From the NCBI GenBank assembly GCA_964270895.1, contig OZ185439.1: a DNA stretch of 64,000 nt; one strand, written 5' to 3'. Source of the DNA: Podarcis filfolensis. Its lineage: Eukaryota. A program made the position numbers and the translations under genes. Positions within the stretch are counted from its first letter, which is position 1. Every line of letters begins with the position of its first letter. Below, piece after piece: positions 12,277 to 25,540 of the stretch. The notes under the pieces are model-generated. The model saw only the letters and a list, made by a program, of their open reading frames with translations. It was not told where the DNA came from and made no database searches.

Positions 12277-15270
12277 GTAACAACTGATTTATTCATGCAA
12301 ATTAGTATCTGAAATGTAATGGCACGCATAAACAAGTTTGGTGCATACCTCCTGCACTACTGCATGTTCACCACCCTTGTGATGTGAAGCACTTACCACT
12401 GTCTACTTGTGAATCCAAGTTAGATTATTTTCAACCCATTTTTCAGTTCTACAGCTCATTTATTGCAGCATTTTATAGTCTATGGGCAGTATTCAACTAT
12501 AGCAAAAAAAATGACACAGATTAGGGGGATGGATCAGTCTTGCCCTCTAGGATCAACCTTTCAAGCTTCTTTTCCTGGAGCCTTAGGAGTTATAGCAGCT
12601 ATGGCAAAGCTTAGAAATTGTTTCTAGTAAAGCACCTCCTAAGGGTGGCTGAAGCCATGGCATCTATGCTCTGGGAAGAAGCATGATGCAGGGGTGTCTG
12701 GCTTCCTTCCTACCTGTTACCTAGGTGTTTTGGAACATCCTCAGCTTGGTGGGTGCCTGGTTGAACATCTATAGGCAGTGCAGTCATTGTCAGCAGGGAG
12801 TATATGAGTATGTGTGCTGCACATCATGTACAAATAATGGGATATTGATTGTTAGCTGTTGAGTTCAGTACTGAACACCTAGTATAAGACAGCAGTGAGG
12901 AGAGATGGGTGTATGAGTCTAAGTTCATTCTGTGAACATTCTAAGCCTACATGTAAATTGTACACATTTTGTACACTCTCTGCCTGTGAAGTACACATTT
13001 TTCAATGCATTTCAATGTATTTTGATTAATTTCCTCTAACCGCAGCACAAAATCTAGAGAATTGCATAATCCAATTAATAGTAGTCTTCCAATCTGCAAG
13101 CAAGTTCAGGAACGTAGAATTCTGTTGATCTACTAACAAAGCAGACCAAATGAACTCCTCCTATATCTCTAATAACTAAAAAGCACTGGTCTTAATGCAA
13201 TCACACCCAATTCACTTTCTGAAATCCACCTTTTCTCTCTTTGCTTTCTTCTTTCAAAATGTATTTATTTATATTAAATTTATATACTGCTCTTCATCCA
13301 AAGATCACAGGGCGGTTTAGAAATATATCTTACATGTCAAATGAAGTGAATAAAGAAGTATGTCACTGGAATTTTCTGGTACAGAACAACCTATAGATAA
13401 CAAGAGCTGAAGATTTACTGTAACCACATGTTGCATACTTCTGTTTCAGATAAATAAGCCTTTTCTATTTGGATATGTGTTTGTCTACAGCTCTCTGCTC
13501 TGACTTTCAAGAACTTCCATTGCTGTTTTCATCATAAATTCTGGCCATTTCAGACCTCTATATTTTGTGTGATTACAGTTAAGGCCTTCTGTTAAATCTC
13601 GCAAGTTGTCAAAACCAACTAGAAGCTAAAGAGCTTTGGTTCAATTCCCTTGCTGCACATATCAAAAGTCATTGCGCATCAAATTGTTACACATCACGAG
13701 AAGATTAACTGTCACCCAGCCTTGGCCTTTCTCTAGAAAATGAAGTGCATGCTGCAAGTTAATACAGAATGCTGTGTAGAGCACGGTAGCAAGTCACGCA
13801 CAAGTCTAAGTGAAAGGGGAGATGGCAACAGGTGAAAGGCTTGCCTTCGGGATTCTTTTTCTCCCTTTAGGGCAGCCACTAATCCAAGACCAAAGCAGTT
13901 TTAAATAGCTGGAAAAATATGCATTTGCTCATTAAAAGTCTATATACATTAATGGTTTTAGTGAACCTAAGCAACAGATGAATCTCTTTTTAAGAGCGTG
14001 AAGTAACTGGCATTTCCTTGGCAGCGAGTCAGGAGAAGAAGCACTTAGACAGTTGTCAGCTTCACCACACCCCTTGTGTGCATTTATACTGAATCCAGCT
14101 TCTCATTAGGTGCACAGCTGGTCTATACTAAGAGCACTGCCCTGTGTAGGGCTGTGATGTCATTGAGTAGCAGAAGAGAAGTGACGTCATGTGTGATTCA
14201 TAGTTGCTGTTGCAGCTTGGCATGTAGGAGTTGGGGGCTGATCAGAAATGATGTGAAGCACCCTTCCTGCTACAAAAGTAGGGCCATAAAATGGGGAGGG
14301 GTAAGGGAATTAAAGGAGAGCCACCACCTCCCCTTAATATCAAATGCAATAGATAAACTGGCCCTGATTCTAGATGTAGTTTCTAAACGGTCTCACTGCC
14401 ATTATATAACAACCCTGCATTGACTATTAGGTGTACAGGGCAGCATGAAGCCACATCAATCCCAGTTCCCTGGCATTTCTATATGAATGATATGTGTGGT
14501 GGGAAAACATATTTGTGTGTACACAATTCCATCTCAAATATATATCTAAAACATGCTGTGTATATGTATGTTGTGTGAAGCAACTCTTAGATGGGCTATC
14601 CTACTCTCCTTCATGGCTGAGCACTAGAATGGCTGGACATTATGAACTTTATAAATGTCATATTGACTGGTGTGTTTCACTTCCTTTCCTGGTACTGCAA
14701 ATAATGTGGACAGTATATTCATGGGATTATTACTCAGTTTGATGGGAGAAGGCTCGCTACACATATTCAGAAGTACTTTGCTTTAATACTTCACATGTTC
14801 CCAAGTTTAGACCTTGTTCAAATCAAGCTCTGAACAGAGCTATTGTTACAGAACAAACCAATAGTGAATTAACGTTTGGCTAAATACTAATGATGTGGCT
14901 CCCCCTCCTTGCACTGCTCAGAGGTGCAAGCTGACAAAGCAACCTAGTTATGAGGAAAAAGAGGACAGCTGTTCCTACAAGCTCACAGTCACTGCTGTGG
15001 CAGTATTTCTCATCCCTAGCTAGTTCCTGTCCACCTGTTCCTTTGGGTGGCAAAATAGGTAGTGTTTTCTTCCTGTTGGGCAGGAGGTGAGGTGAGGTTG
15101 CAGGCAGATCAACAGTAATAAGATGTGGTGTAAAATAATGATCTTTCGTTCAGCTGTGGGGTCCTTTGGTGGCATATGAGCCTTGGTAAATGCCTGGTTA
15201 TGCTGACTTCTGTTTTTGGGCCTAGATATCATATTGGTATTTCCTTCATTTTAGGAGTTATGTGAGCATT

Positions 15271-15431
15271 AGAATCATAGAACTGTTGGAAGGGACCTCA
15301 TAGAGTTGGAAGGGACCACAAGGATCATCTAGTCCAACCCCCTGCAATGCAGGAATCTTTCACCAAACATGGGGCTCAAACCCATGACTCTGAGATTAAG
15401 AGTCCCATGCTCTACAAGCTGAGCCTATCCC
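15271..15431 (-). mobile_element. tRNA-Lys(CTT)-derived SINE with CR1-type tail
   Basis: The reverse complement has a head tagagcatgggactcttaatctcagagtcatgggtttgagcccc (tRNA-Lys-like) followed by ggttggactagatgatccttgtggtcccttccaactct...ttctatgattct. Confidence 0.85.
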
Positions 15432-15548
15432 TCAAGGCATCTTCAGCCCTATGGAGTGACATAAGCATTTGTGGCAGTGGCTTGAAGGCATGAAGTTATA
15501 TGGTTGAAAATCAAATTACCTATATTTTCATTATTTCATTCACCACAG

Positions 15549-15659
15549 AAGTACCTATCCCAGCTTGCAGAAGAGAATCTGAAGATGAATGAGAAAGAAA
15601 GCAGTTTGCCACAAGATGATAATGGGATTGTCCCTCACTTTGAGGAGAAAAAGCTATGA
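15549..15659 (+). CDS. RBM20: RBM20 terminal coding exon 14 with stop
   Basis: cacag|AAG TAC..CTA TGA. Translates KYLSQLAEENLKMNEKESSLPQDDNGIVPHFEEKKL*. Confidence 0.95.
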   Translation, partial: KYLSQLAEENLKMNEKESSLPQDDNGIVPHFEEKKL

Positions 15660-18600
15660 GGTGAACACTAATGGTTTTCTGCTGATCCTGCTTATGCACC
15701 TTTTGTTTGCACTGTTGAAAGGCAAGCATAATGAGAAGCTTGTTCTATGCATCTACACTGACAGCACCATTTAAAAACAATGTCTGAAATACAGTGAAGC
15801 AAAGTGACATATCTGATAGCAGTAAAGCTCCACTTTCCCAGCCTGTAATAGGCACAACAGCTCTCTTTAAACTAGAATTCTCAGGGATTCTCTCAGTGTT
15901 GGTTCAGGTAAATTGTTTAGTGAAAATATTCTGGGAGTGAGGAAGAAATAACCTGAAAAATCCTTGGTTAAAATACTTTTATTTACATCACCTAGTCCAG
16001 CAGTGAACTACGGGTCTTGTAAGTACATCTATAAGTTATTGTTGTGTTACTGCTGATAACATGGGTTCAATCAGATGATAACAATATCCATGTCTTGTAT
16101 GAAATACTCACAGTTCATATATTCAAAGGGCTTACAATCTACATTGGGGTGGGGGGGCAGAAGCATTGAAGCCCTTTCCCCCTTCAGTGCCTTGACAACA
16201 TTTCAGAAGACTAAATATGTTCCACGTTTTGCCTCTGGTAGGATTACTTATCTCTTCTCTTCTTTCCTTAAGGTTTTATTCTTCCTAATTTTAGAAATCA
16301 ACCAGGCACTTAATTTTGTTTCATTCAGAGCCATCGCCCAATTTAAGAAACCTTAGTCGACTAACAGTATAAGTGTATTAAGTCTGCATAAATTTGCACA
16401 TGAATAAAAGAAGTCCTAAAGTAGGGACATCTTCCTTTGTCTCAGATGATGAACATACTTGTTGCACCATCTTAGAATGTGCAATGAGGGATGCAGGAGG
16501 GAGGTGGTGGCGCATGATGGTGGGAAGGTTTGGTCCCAGGGCATGGTTGAAAACAAGATGCAGCAGCCTTGCTGAAACTAAGCAGGTTGGGTGTGGTCTG
16601 TGCCTGCATGGGGAAATGATTGAGGAGCATCTGGTATGCTTTGAGTTGCATAATGGAAGAAAGGCAGATATACAGTTAAAGAAAAAATATCCTGCATTTG
16701 CCCAGTTGATCAGACACACCATCTAAATTAATTAAAATGTTTTTAATGATTGATCAGCTAAAGCTCTGAGCAGACTTTGAATTTCACTTCCATTAATTTC
16801 TATGTTGATGATATAGGTGCCCAGTATAGTATTATTATAGTTGTGTTTCAGCAATATGTGTGTTTATATCACCCAGAGTTCCACTAAAGTAAACTGCTTT
16901 ACTTTTTTGTTGTTTTAGTAAGGCTTGGAGTGGTAAAATGCATAGATTCTGTAAAACTGTTAGTAGCATTAATCACAGGATGATCTTTTAAAAAATGTAC
17001 CAGGTACCATTTGAGTTGCTGAGCCATATCTAAAATCAGAGCAAGTGTATTTGTTGCATTTCTTTTTTTTAATGTTTTTAAAGAAAATTTGAGAAATTAT
17101 AGGAAAAATATCTGTGAATGTATCTTCCCATCATTCACTGCCTTTATAAAGTTTACCATATTATATTTTCTTGCTATCGGCACCTTTAAGCATTTTCTTA
17201 TCTATGAGTAAATTAACACAAAAAAATTGCCCAGTTGCCAAGATCTCCCAATAAAAATATATTACCTGTTTCATATTAAAATATTTTTTTGTGGGAGGAA
17301 ATGGAACCAGCATCTTCAGTTAACTTTCTTTGTTATCTTGTAAGTGTGTGCTGTCACTAGGCTAGGTTCCATTTCATTAAATGGCAGAAACATTCCATTT
17401 ATTACCATCAGAGATGAGGTCAAACAGCACATTTCAGATTCATAAACTTTAGAGCTTTTGAGGTCCTGACCTTCGGCTAGGCAATGTAAGTAAGAGGCAG
17501 GGGCAGACATGGCTTTCAAGCACACATCTAATCCCACGTATCAGGTGTACTGAACTTTGCATCCATCCACTTTAAAACATTTTATTCCACCTTTCAGCAT
17601 AAAAATTTCAAAGGTGGATAAGAGAGTTTTAAGTCTCTTAAAATAGAAAAATGAAAACCAGCAATAAAAAATAAATGTTTACGGCTGGCTTTTAGAAATA
17701 TGAATACTCTTGCACTGTTACAGGAAAGTCATAATTAATCTGTGGAGGGAGCATGGAGATCTTTATTTTGCCATCAGTAAAAATGCTGACATGGGCAGTT
17801 CCCAATGAAGGATGCATATCCTGCTGGGAGATAACCACACATAGCTGTGGAGGTGGGAGGCTCTTCTCTTGCAACAATGGGCCACCTTGGCTTGGAATTT
17901 TTGCACCAAAAATCTGAAACTTAAGAAATGCTATTTTCATACCTGACTGAATTCTTCACAAATGTCATTTGTACACATTAAGTTGTATGTATAGCACAAT
18001 GCAGACTATTTATTACTACTATGTAAAAAGCTTTCTTATTTATAAAGTGTTGCAAAATATCTCAGATAATTTTTTTAAAGTATTTAGAACTAGTAATAAT
18101 TTCTTATTTGTCTTTACTTACTACTGTAATGGGTGTTAAGTATCCCATGTATTATTATTATTATTATTATTATTTTTCATTCTAAAACCAAAGAATCTAA
18201 GAATTGCCCCCCCCCCAAAAAAACTTGACAACTATGCTACTGGCCTGCACACTAGTTTAGTATCAGGCTTTCAGGGTTTTTCTGTCTCTGTAAGTCTGTG
18301 TTTGTTGGTATATACTTGAACTGGACCAGACGTTACTATTTATTGAGTTCACACAATCTTGTTTAATCATTGGCTTGTAAACATTTAGAATGTATTAGAA
18401 TTTAAGTTATTTAGGAAGCATCACAAGTTTTAATTGCTCTGTGTACCTGAGATTTCAAATTGTGTTTATTAAAATGGACAAATTATTGTAATAAAGAGAA
18501 TTTTAATGGCTATGCAAGAACTGGTGATCTTTTCTTTCAATGGCACATGCCTCTCTCTGTAGATGTAATGCTACTGATCCTTTTAATTACAGTGTGGAGG

Positions 18601-19320
18601 TCAGGAGCAAGCTGCAAGATCACATCCTGTTCCCCCAGATCCTTTCCACGCAATGCAACCAAAATATTTAAGCTTAATTTGTTTAAGCTAACATGCAGAG
18701 TCCAGACTTCACAGTGTTCTCATCCTGATTCTGCAAGTGAGATGGACAAATCCAAAGCCCAGGACAGGTGCCTCTACTGCTCAAACAAACATTTTGTTTG
18801 TCTGCATCCAGGCCAAGGCATTCAGAAGGTCATTCCAGAACAAAGCCTGACCCTAGCTATAATCATGTTCATATCATAACTGTGGCACATCAGGGTATGG
18901 CTGAAGATTTAACTGTTCATTTGTCAGAAGAAAAGAACTCTGTAAACTGGCCTTAAGCAGGTATTATGGGGTAGGGGATATAGATGAAAGCTTACTAAAA
19001 CACACTTCTTTTTACAGGAACCTCAAATAACTTTCCTGTGTAGTGCTAAAGAAATAAGTCAGGTGAAATTCATTCTTGTCCCCATTTTTAAGTCTTTTTT
19101 CCTTTTCCATTTTATTAAAATATATTGCTTTTCCTTTTTTAGATTTGATATGTATATTGTATTCCCCCTACTGGACAGTTAATTATTGCAGCAATGGCAT
19201 GAGTCAGTATTTCAGCTTTTAATCTAACATTGTGTATGAAGTAGTACATTTAAAATACCAGTGGCAAACTGCTGTACAATCCAATTATCTCTTGGATAAA
19301 TAATTTGAATTTCATAATTT
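15660..19320 (+). other. RBM20: RBM20 3'UTR; end uncertain
   Basis: AT-rich sequence after the stop. Candidate poly(A) hexamers: AATAAA 16403, 17250, 17663/17670, 18490 and ATTAAA 19114. The used site cannot be determined from sequence. Confidence 0.4.
18149..18173. repeat. (ATT)n microsatellite
   Basis: Trinucleotide run in the putative RBM20 3'UTR. Confidence 0.9.
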
Positions 19321-20297
19321 TACTTGATGCATATTTGTGAATGAATGTCTATTAGCTACATTTCACTGGTTTTGAAACTGATACTCAAATGTGGCATTTA
19401 GGAGTTACGTACCAGATGTGATGCGGAGACTTTTAGGTTTTATGCATTCTTGCATTTTAGGGTGTGTGTTGTTGTTTTTTGCATTGCAGTCTTGTGTGTG
19501 TATTTTTAAGACACAAATTCCATTGCTGTGTAGACTGGGAGCACTTCGGAAGCAGCGCTGTGGAGGAATGCAAACCATGTGTTCTACAGCAGCCTAAACC
19601 GTAACAGCAAGATTTTTAAGTTCCTAAAAATCAGATTGCTACCCACAGATTATTGGGAACGATTTCACTTCTGCAGTTTCGAACCTTGAAAGTTTTTGTT
19701 GAAGTTGCTAGGTGGAAACCCTGTAAACTAAGTTTGCAAGGCAATTGGAAAGTGTGCAGATGCCATGCTTCCACATAGTTCGTCAATTAAAGACCGTTCT
19801 CATCCTCTGCTCCCATCTGCTGTGGAATAAGGCCCAAATCCCTGCTTGCTGCACAGGGAACAGGGAACTGTGAAGAAACTGGGCTGCAGGACATAATAGT
19901 TCTACTTCAGTCTACATTGCATTGCCCTTCCATTTATTAATTATCCTTGTGGGCATGAAGGCCAAAGTGGCTTTTTGTCCAGTCACCTTTGTTTGTAGGG
20001 CAAATATTACACATCTGATTAAACTTGACCGGTCAACGCTACTGCTTTCCCACTAAGCCACAGAGCTGACCTTCAGAAAGCAGAAGACACGCAATCAGTA
20101 AACCATATTGATTCGGATTCAGTAACGGATAAGGTGACCCAAACCCAATATCAGATCAACATTTGCCAATGGCATACACCATTTCCTCTAACTCAGCTCA
20201 GTCAGGAATGAGACAGGTATGTATGAAACCTCATGCTACATTAAACAAGTTATAGCCTGTTTCCATGTACTGCAACCCATTAAGCAGGTACTAGTTA

Positions 20298-20556
20298 CCG
20301 TATCTTTAGCTCTATAAGACGCACCAGACTACAAGACGCACATAGTTTTTGGAGGAGGAAAACAAGAAAAAAAATATTCTGAATCTCAGAAGCCAGAACA
20401 GCAAGAGGGATCGCTGCGCAGTGAAAGCAGCAATCCCTCTTGCTGTTCTGGCTTCTGGGATAGCTGCACAGTCTGCATTCGCTCCATAAGACGCACACAC
20501 ATTTCCCCTTACTTTTTAGGAGGGAAAAAGTGAGTCTTATAGAGCAAAAAATACGG
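20298..20556. mobile_element. Tc2-like (Tc1/mariner superfamily) MITE with internal hairpin
   Basis: TA|CCGTATCTTTAGCTCTATAAGAC...GTCTTATAGAGCAAAAAATACGG|TA; repeated TAAGACGCAC subterminal motifs. Confidence 0.88.
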
Positions 20557-22035
20557 TAATTACCAAGTTCTTCCACCAGGTGCTAGGTGGGGCCTGTGAT
20601 GCAAATGTCACCTTCCCTTGGCATAACATTTACCCTTCATCGTTCCAAAACTTGGGATCTGTCGTATCTTGGGTTATGAAATCTCTCCTTGAGGCTTTTT
20701 GGAACTTGTCTGAACGTGTATTCTTTGTTCTGGTCTTAAAAGAGAAGAAAGAAGTAGCAACTGATTCTGTTGTTGGTAGGCTTGGCAAAGCAGCTTGGCT
20801 TACTTAAGCTTATCTTCAACAGATAGCAGCCAGCTGGTGGCCACAGACGCTTACCTTGAACTAGAGGGGAGGGTGTTGCCTCAGCTGAAAGATCTGCATC
20901 TGTTGACGGGAAACCTGGCCTGGCTGCAAAAAGTGAAGTTGCACAAATGGAACTGATTACAGCACTGAAAACACAGTCGTATGTCACATAGCTACGGCAT
21001 GCTGGCAGATCCAAATCATGTAACAGTGTGTTGAGGTGAAAGTGGGAACTTGCCGTTATTGTCCTCCAGTGTCATCTTTCAAGGCAAGAAAAATAGGTGA
21101 ATTAAGAATTGATGCCATTTCCCCATTTTCACCTACTGTGGTATCACAGTCTGCTTCAAACAAAGCAGAGAGACTCTACAAGCACTGTGAGGAGTAACTG
21201 GGTGTTTCAAGAGAAAAGCCATGTTTGTGTTGGAGCATGAAATGAGTAGGCCACCCATGCAGCCTGTAGTCACAGCTTTGAACTAAGTGGTGGAGCTGGA
21301 CCAGGATCTCTTAACTTTGCCCAGTAATGGAGAAGTGCCTCCACCAAAGTAAGCTAAAGACGGAGTGGGAAAATGAAGTTCAGCAACACCTCTCCTGGCT
21401 TAGGTCCTGTGGGGTTTGCCACAGGTGTTGCCCCTTTCAGATTTCCACTAGCCTGCCTCTAGTTCCTGTGTCTACTTCCTATCCTCCCCCCTTCCTCCTA
21501 TCTCCCTGCCTTGAAACCTGCTTGAAGATTCATGTGATGCCCCACAGCAGAAATACGTTGCAATAAATTAATAATAATTTTTAAAAACAACACAACTTCT
21601 GACTAGACCATAATATTGGCTGGAAACTCTGCTGTTGGTGACTTTGATGAATATGTTCTGGGTTGGAAGAGGGAGAGGGAGTGTGGTACATGCAGTAGAG
21701 CATACTTAGTGGTGGCATCTCATGTGCAAACTCCAAGTACAGGTCAGATTGTTTCCCATTTACATTCACATGCCAACTTGAAACATTTATTTGTATTGGC
21801 CTTTGGAGCATAAGGAGGGCAGCTCTATTGGCTTATACTACTGTGCAACTGACTGTGTTGGTTTGGAGTAAATGTATTTTATGCTGGTTAATTCATTTTT
21901 AATGTTGTGTTTCTTAGGATTTTTTTGTTGTATTTTATATTTGTTGTTAGCCACTCTGGGCTCTGCTTTGAGAAAGAACCAGTAAGCTAGTAGTAGTAGT
22001 AATACCTGCACATGATGTACAATTTTTCTGTAAAT

Positions 22036-22155
22036 CATGGGTGGGGAACCTGTGGCTTTCCAGATGTTGGACTCCACCACCGATCATCCCTGACCATTGG
22101 CCATGCTGGTTTGGGCCAATGCAGTCCATCACCATCAGGAGGACCAGAGGTTTTA
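22036..22155. mobile_element. Degraded palindromic hAT MITE
   Basis: ggtggggaacctgtggctttccagatgttggactcc...agtccatcaccatcaggaggaccagaggtt, with self-complementary arms. Confidence 0.6.
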
Positions 22156-22884
22156 AAGGGAAAGGTGGTTCTCAACAGCTCTTTGGCAACTTGTTTTTCC
22201 TGTACATTCATTGTTGTATTATTCATGAAAAATTTCCTAGGACAAAATCATAGCCTACTTCTAATAAAAGCTTTCTATCTGAGATGTGCTAGATGTCCTC
22301 ATCGGGACTTTGGAGCTACCAAATACCCCCTGGTGTACCCAGTTGTTAGAGGCATTGCAAGCATCATTGCAAGCATGGCACTTTTATGTGGTGTATATGA
22401 TTAGTATTGTTCTGCAGCAGGTAGAAGATGAGATATTAAGTGAGTGGCCTAAGGTTGCATGCCAAGTCAGTAGTTAGATGGAAGAGAATTACCTAGACAT
22501 GCTCAGCCTAGACCTGTGCTTAGTAGCAAATGATATCATTTGTGGCATTTAGCACATGACTCATTGTATCTGTGCATTCTGTTGAAGCCAATGATTGATA
22601 AACAAGTAAACTTATTACAATTAGAAGACCATTAACAGTGCAGCTGGCTAGCAATCCATGGCTATAAGCCATCCTACCAGGCCTTTGGGTTGGAAGAAGC
22701 TGTGAGATTATTTTGCCCTGGGGGGTTTGAGGACAAGGATAATTGAACACTTGGAGATGGCTAGAAACAGGGTTAGCCCAAGAGCTTTCTTTGTCCTAGG
22801 CAAATTAAATGTTTGCTGTTCTTCTTTCCATTGTGATAATATCTAGGGAGCTCCTTAAGATATCATCTCATGAAGAGTGATTGG

Positions 22885-23068
22885 GAAGAACTTTCTGACA
22901 GTAAGCTGTACAACAGTGGAACTGACTACATTGAAAGGTGGTGGACTCGCCTTCATTGGAAATTTTTAAACAGAGGTTGGATGCCCATTCTTAAGTTGTG
23001 ATTTCTGCATTGCTGGGGGTCGGACAAGATGACCCTTTGGATCCCATCCAACACTACAGTTCTATGAT
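22885..23068 (+). mobile_element. CR1 LINE 3' end fragment
   Basis: aagaactttctgacagt...ggtggactcgccttcattggaaatttttaaacagaggttgg...cccatccaacactacagttctatgat, a typical CR1 3' terminus. Confidence 0.8.
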
Positions 23069-24339
23069 GGGGCGGGGGGTCATGTCATACGTTTGCCTGT
23101 AGAAATACAAGAGCTTTCAGCTACTGGCTACTTAGATTTTTAAAAAAAAATATAACTCTTTTCTTCCTCTTGCTTCTGCCTAGAACTTGTTGACAATATT
23201 GAACTGCTGATCACATTTTAGCACCACTTCCCAGTTAAAAAAAACAAAGAAAGCTTATTACAGTTGGCAAAGGTGGCACTGGAATCAGTCAGGTGATTTC
23301 ACTTGGCTTGGATGCTGGATCATGTGCAGCCTCTGTTGATTACATTACATCTTTTCCAAACAGAGGGATCCGGATTTCCTTTTAAGAAACTTAACTCTTT
23401 AGTTGAGACTGAAGAAATGGGAAAAGGCACAGCAGCAAACAAGGACTCTTCAGCGAGGGGACTGGGATAACAATCTTATCTTAGATCCTTATCTTAAATG
23501 TCAGCAGCAAATGTCATCCTGTCATCTCATAAGGCCCTTCTTGTGGCCAATGTGCAAGCCAGACAAAAAGATACGGTGATATGAATAAACTTATTGCTAA
23601 GCCTTCTTGTGGGCTGCCAAACCCAAACCCAAAAAAACACAATTCAGCCACACAACTGTCCATCTCAGAAGATGGAAAGTTAGGTCATTTTGGCCACCAT
23701 GAGCATCCACATCCTGCAGAAAAATGCTATGAACTTCAAAGCTTGCACACTCTCCCAAAAGACCATTATTCTGCCTAGGGCATGCACCATCAGATTTTCT
23801 TGAGTCAAAGAAAGAAAAACTTCATAATATAAAGCTCAAAGGCTTTATCATCAGTAGGCATGAAGTATTCGTCCTATCTTCACCATTGTTAGCAGTTTTA
23901 GCTAACTAACAGAGCCCTTGAAGATCACATGCCTAGAAACTCTAGGCAACTGTTGTTTTCCCATCCAAATCTACTGAGACTCTCTTACTGATAACTGAAA
24001 TCCCAAGACTGATTGATGAATACTGGTTACTGTTTGCAAACCCATTACTCTGCAATTAATTACTGAGGGAGAAAGTAAACGCCCAAATGACCATGCTCTA
24101 CACAGCTGCAAACTTTCACATACATGTTTTGCACACTTATCTCCAGAACGACTCAGTCATGATAAGTATGTTATATAGATCCATAGGCGCAGCACTCAAT
24201 AAAAGGTTGCTGTGTGACTGTGATACTGTGCAATCAGAGACACAACAGCACCTAAGACGGGATACAGCTCTGCTATAAGGCAGCTTCTAGGACACTAATT
24301 ACAGTTCCAGCACTCGGGGAACCTGTTAAGTGCCTAAAG

Positions 24340-24662
24340 CATGAGTAAGCAAACTAAGGCCCGGGGGCCGGATCCAGCCCAATCGCCTTCTAAATCTGGC
24401 CCACTGACAGGTCTGGGAATCCATGTTTTTACATGAGTAGAATGTATCCTTTTATTTAAAATGCATCTCTGGATTATTTGTGGGGCCTGCCTAGTGTTTT
24501 TACATGAGTAGAATGTATGCTTTTATTTAAAATGCATCTCCGGGTTATTTGTGGGGCATAGGAATTTGTTCATTATTATTTTTTCAAAATATAGTCCGGC
24601 CCCCCCACAAGGTCTGAGGGACAGTGGGCTGGCCCCCCGCTGAAAAAGTTTGCTGACCCCTG
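24340..24662. mobile_element. hAT-Charlie-type MITE with 8-bp TSD GCCTAAAG and an internal 71-bp-period duplication
   Basis: Right TIR AGTTTGCTGACCCCTG, degenerate left TIR CATGAGTAAGCAAACT, identical 8-mers at 24332-24339 and 24663-24670. Confidence 0.9.
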
Positions 24663-24776
24663 GCCTAAAGTGACTTGCAGTTAGGGTTGCCATATTTAAG
24701 CCAAATCCAGACAGCATTGTGATGCACCAACCCCATGCACCACAGGCAGCTACTAGTGGCACATAATACATCCATG

Positions 24777-24920
24777 CAGTGCTTTTCTTCTAGAAAAAAA
24801 GGTGTCGGTACTCACCATGAAGTTGTTACAGTATGTGCCACACTTCTAACCAGTGCTTTTCTGCCAGAAAAAGGTGCCAGTATTGCACACCCTTGAGTAC
24901 CCCTAGAAAAAAAAGCACTG
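24777..24920. mobile_element. hAT MITE (CAGTGCTTTT family), TSD CATCCATG
   Basis: CAGTGCTTTT...AAAAGCACTG with identical 8-bp flanks. Confidence 0.88.
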
Positions 24921-25108
24921 CATCCATGCATCATTTTATTTGTATGCCTCTTTTCCATGCTCAAGGCAGCTTCTGAGAAAGATAATTACAAACATAACAA
25001 AAATAGCCATAAACAATAAATACAAAGTATACAACCAAATTGAAACAATTTCCACATAAATCATCATAAGATCTAAAATAAAGATACAAAAAAATTAATA
25101 TCAATAAC

Positions 25109-25109
<1 letters not shown>

Positions 25110-25146
<37 letters not shown>
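25110..25146. repeat. (CA)n microsatellite
   Basis: Perfect dinucleotide run. Confidence 0.95.
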
Positions 25147-25149
<3 letters not shown>

Positions 25150-25320
25150 CCAACAAAACTTCCTAAACCATATCCCAGCCCTAGCATCTGTTCAGCAGTC
25201 TCAACTTTTCGAGTCAGTCAGGGCCCCGCGCTCCCAGACCAGGTAGGAAAAGCCTAGCAAGGCAGGCAGCAGGTCTTCCAGGACTCACAACTGAGATGGT
25301 CTCCAGAGCTGGATCAGGGT

Positions 25321-25540
25321 GTCAGTGTTGGAGTGCTGAGGCCACAGCTTTGCCATTAGTTGGCCACGTAGCCTTAGGCAAGCTGTTTTCTCTCAGCCAC
25401 TGTCCCCCATCTGCTCTGTGTGTGTGTGGGGGGGAATAATCCTCACTTCACCTTGCAGGGTTGTTGTAAGGATTATAACTAGATAATGCATGAGGAGCAC
25501 TCTGAATATTTGAAAGCACTATGCAAATGTTAAATATGAT
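25321..25540 (+). mobile_element. MIR/CORE-SINE-like element
   Basis: ccttaggcaagc..ctcagcc..ccccatctg..ccttgcagggttgttgtaaggatta..agataatgcatg..aaagcactatgcaaatg, matching the CORE plus L2-type tail pattern. Confidence 0.7.

Noticed and set aside
15362-15431. tRNA-Lys(CTT)-like sequence as a tRNA gene
   Set aside because: The acceptor stem and box A are degraded and it is fused to a CR1 tail, so it is a SINE head.
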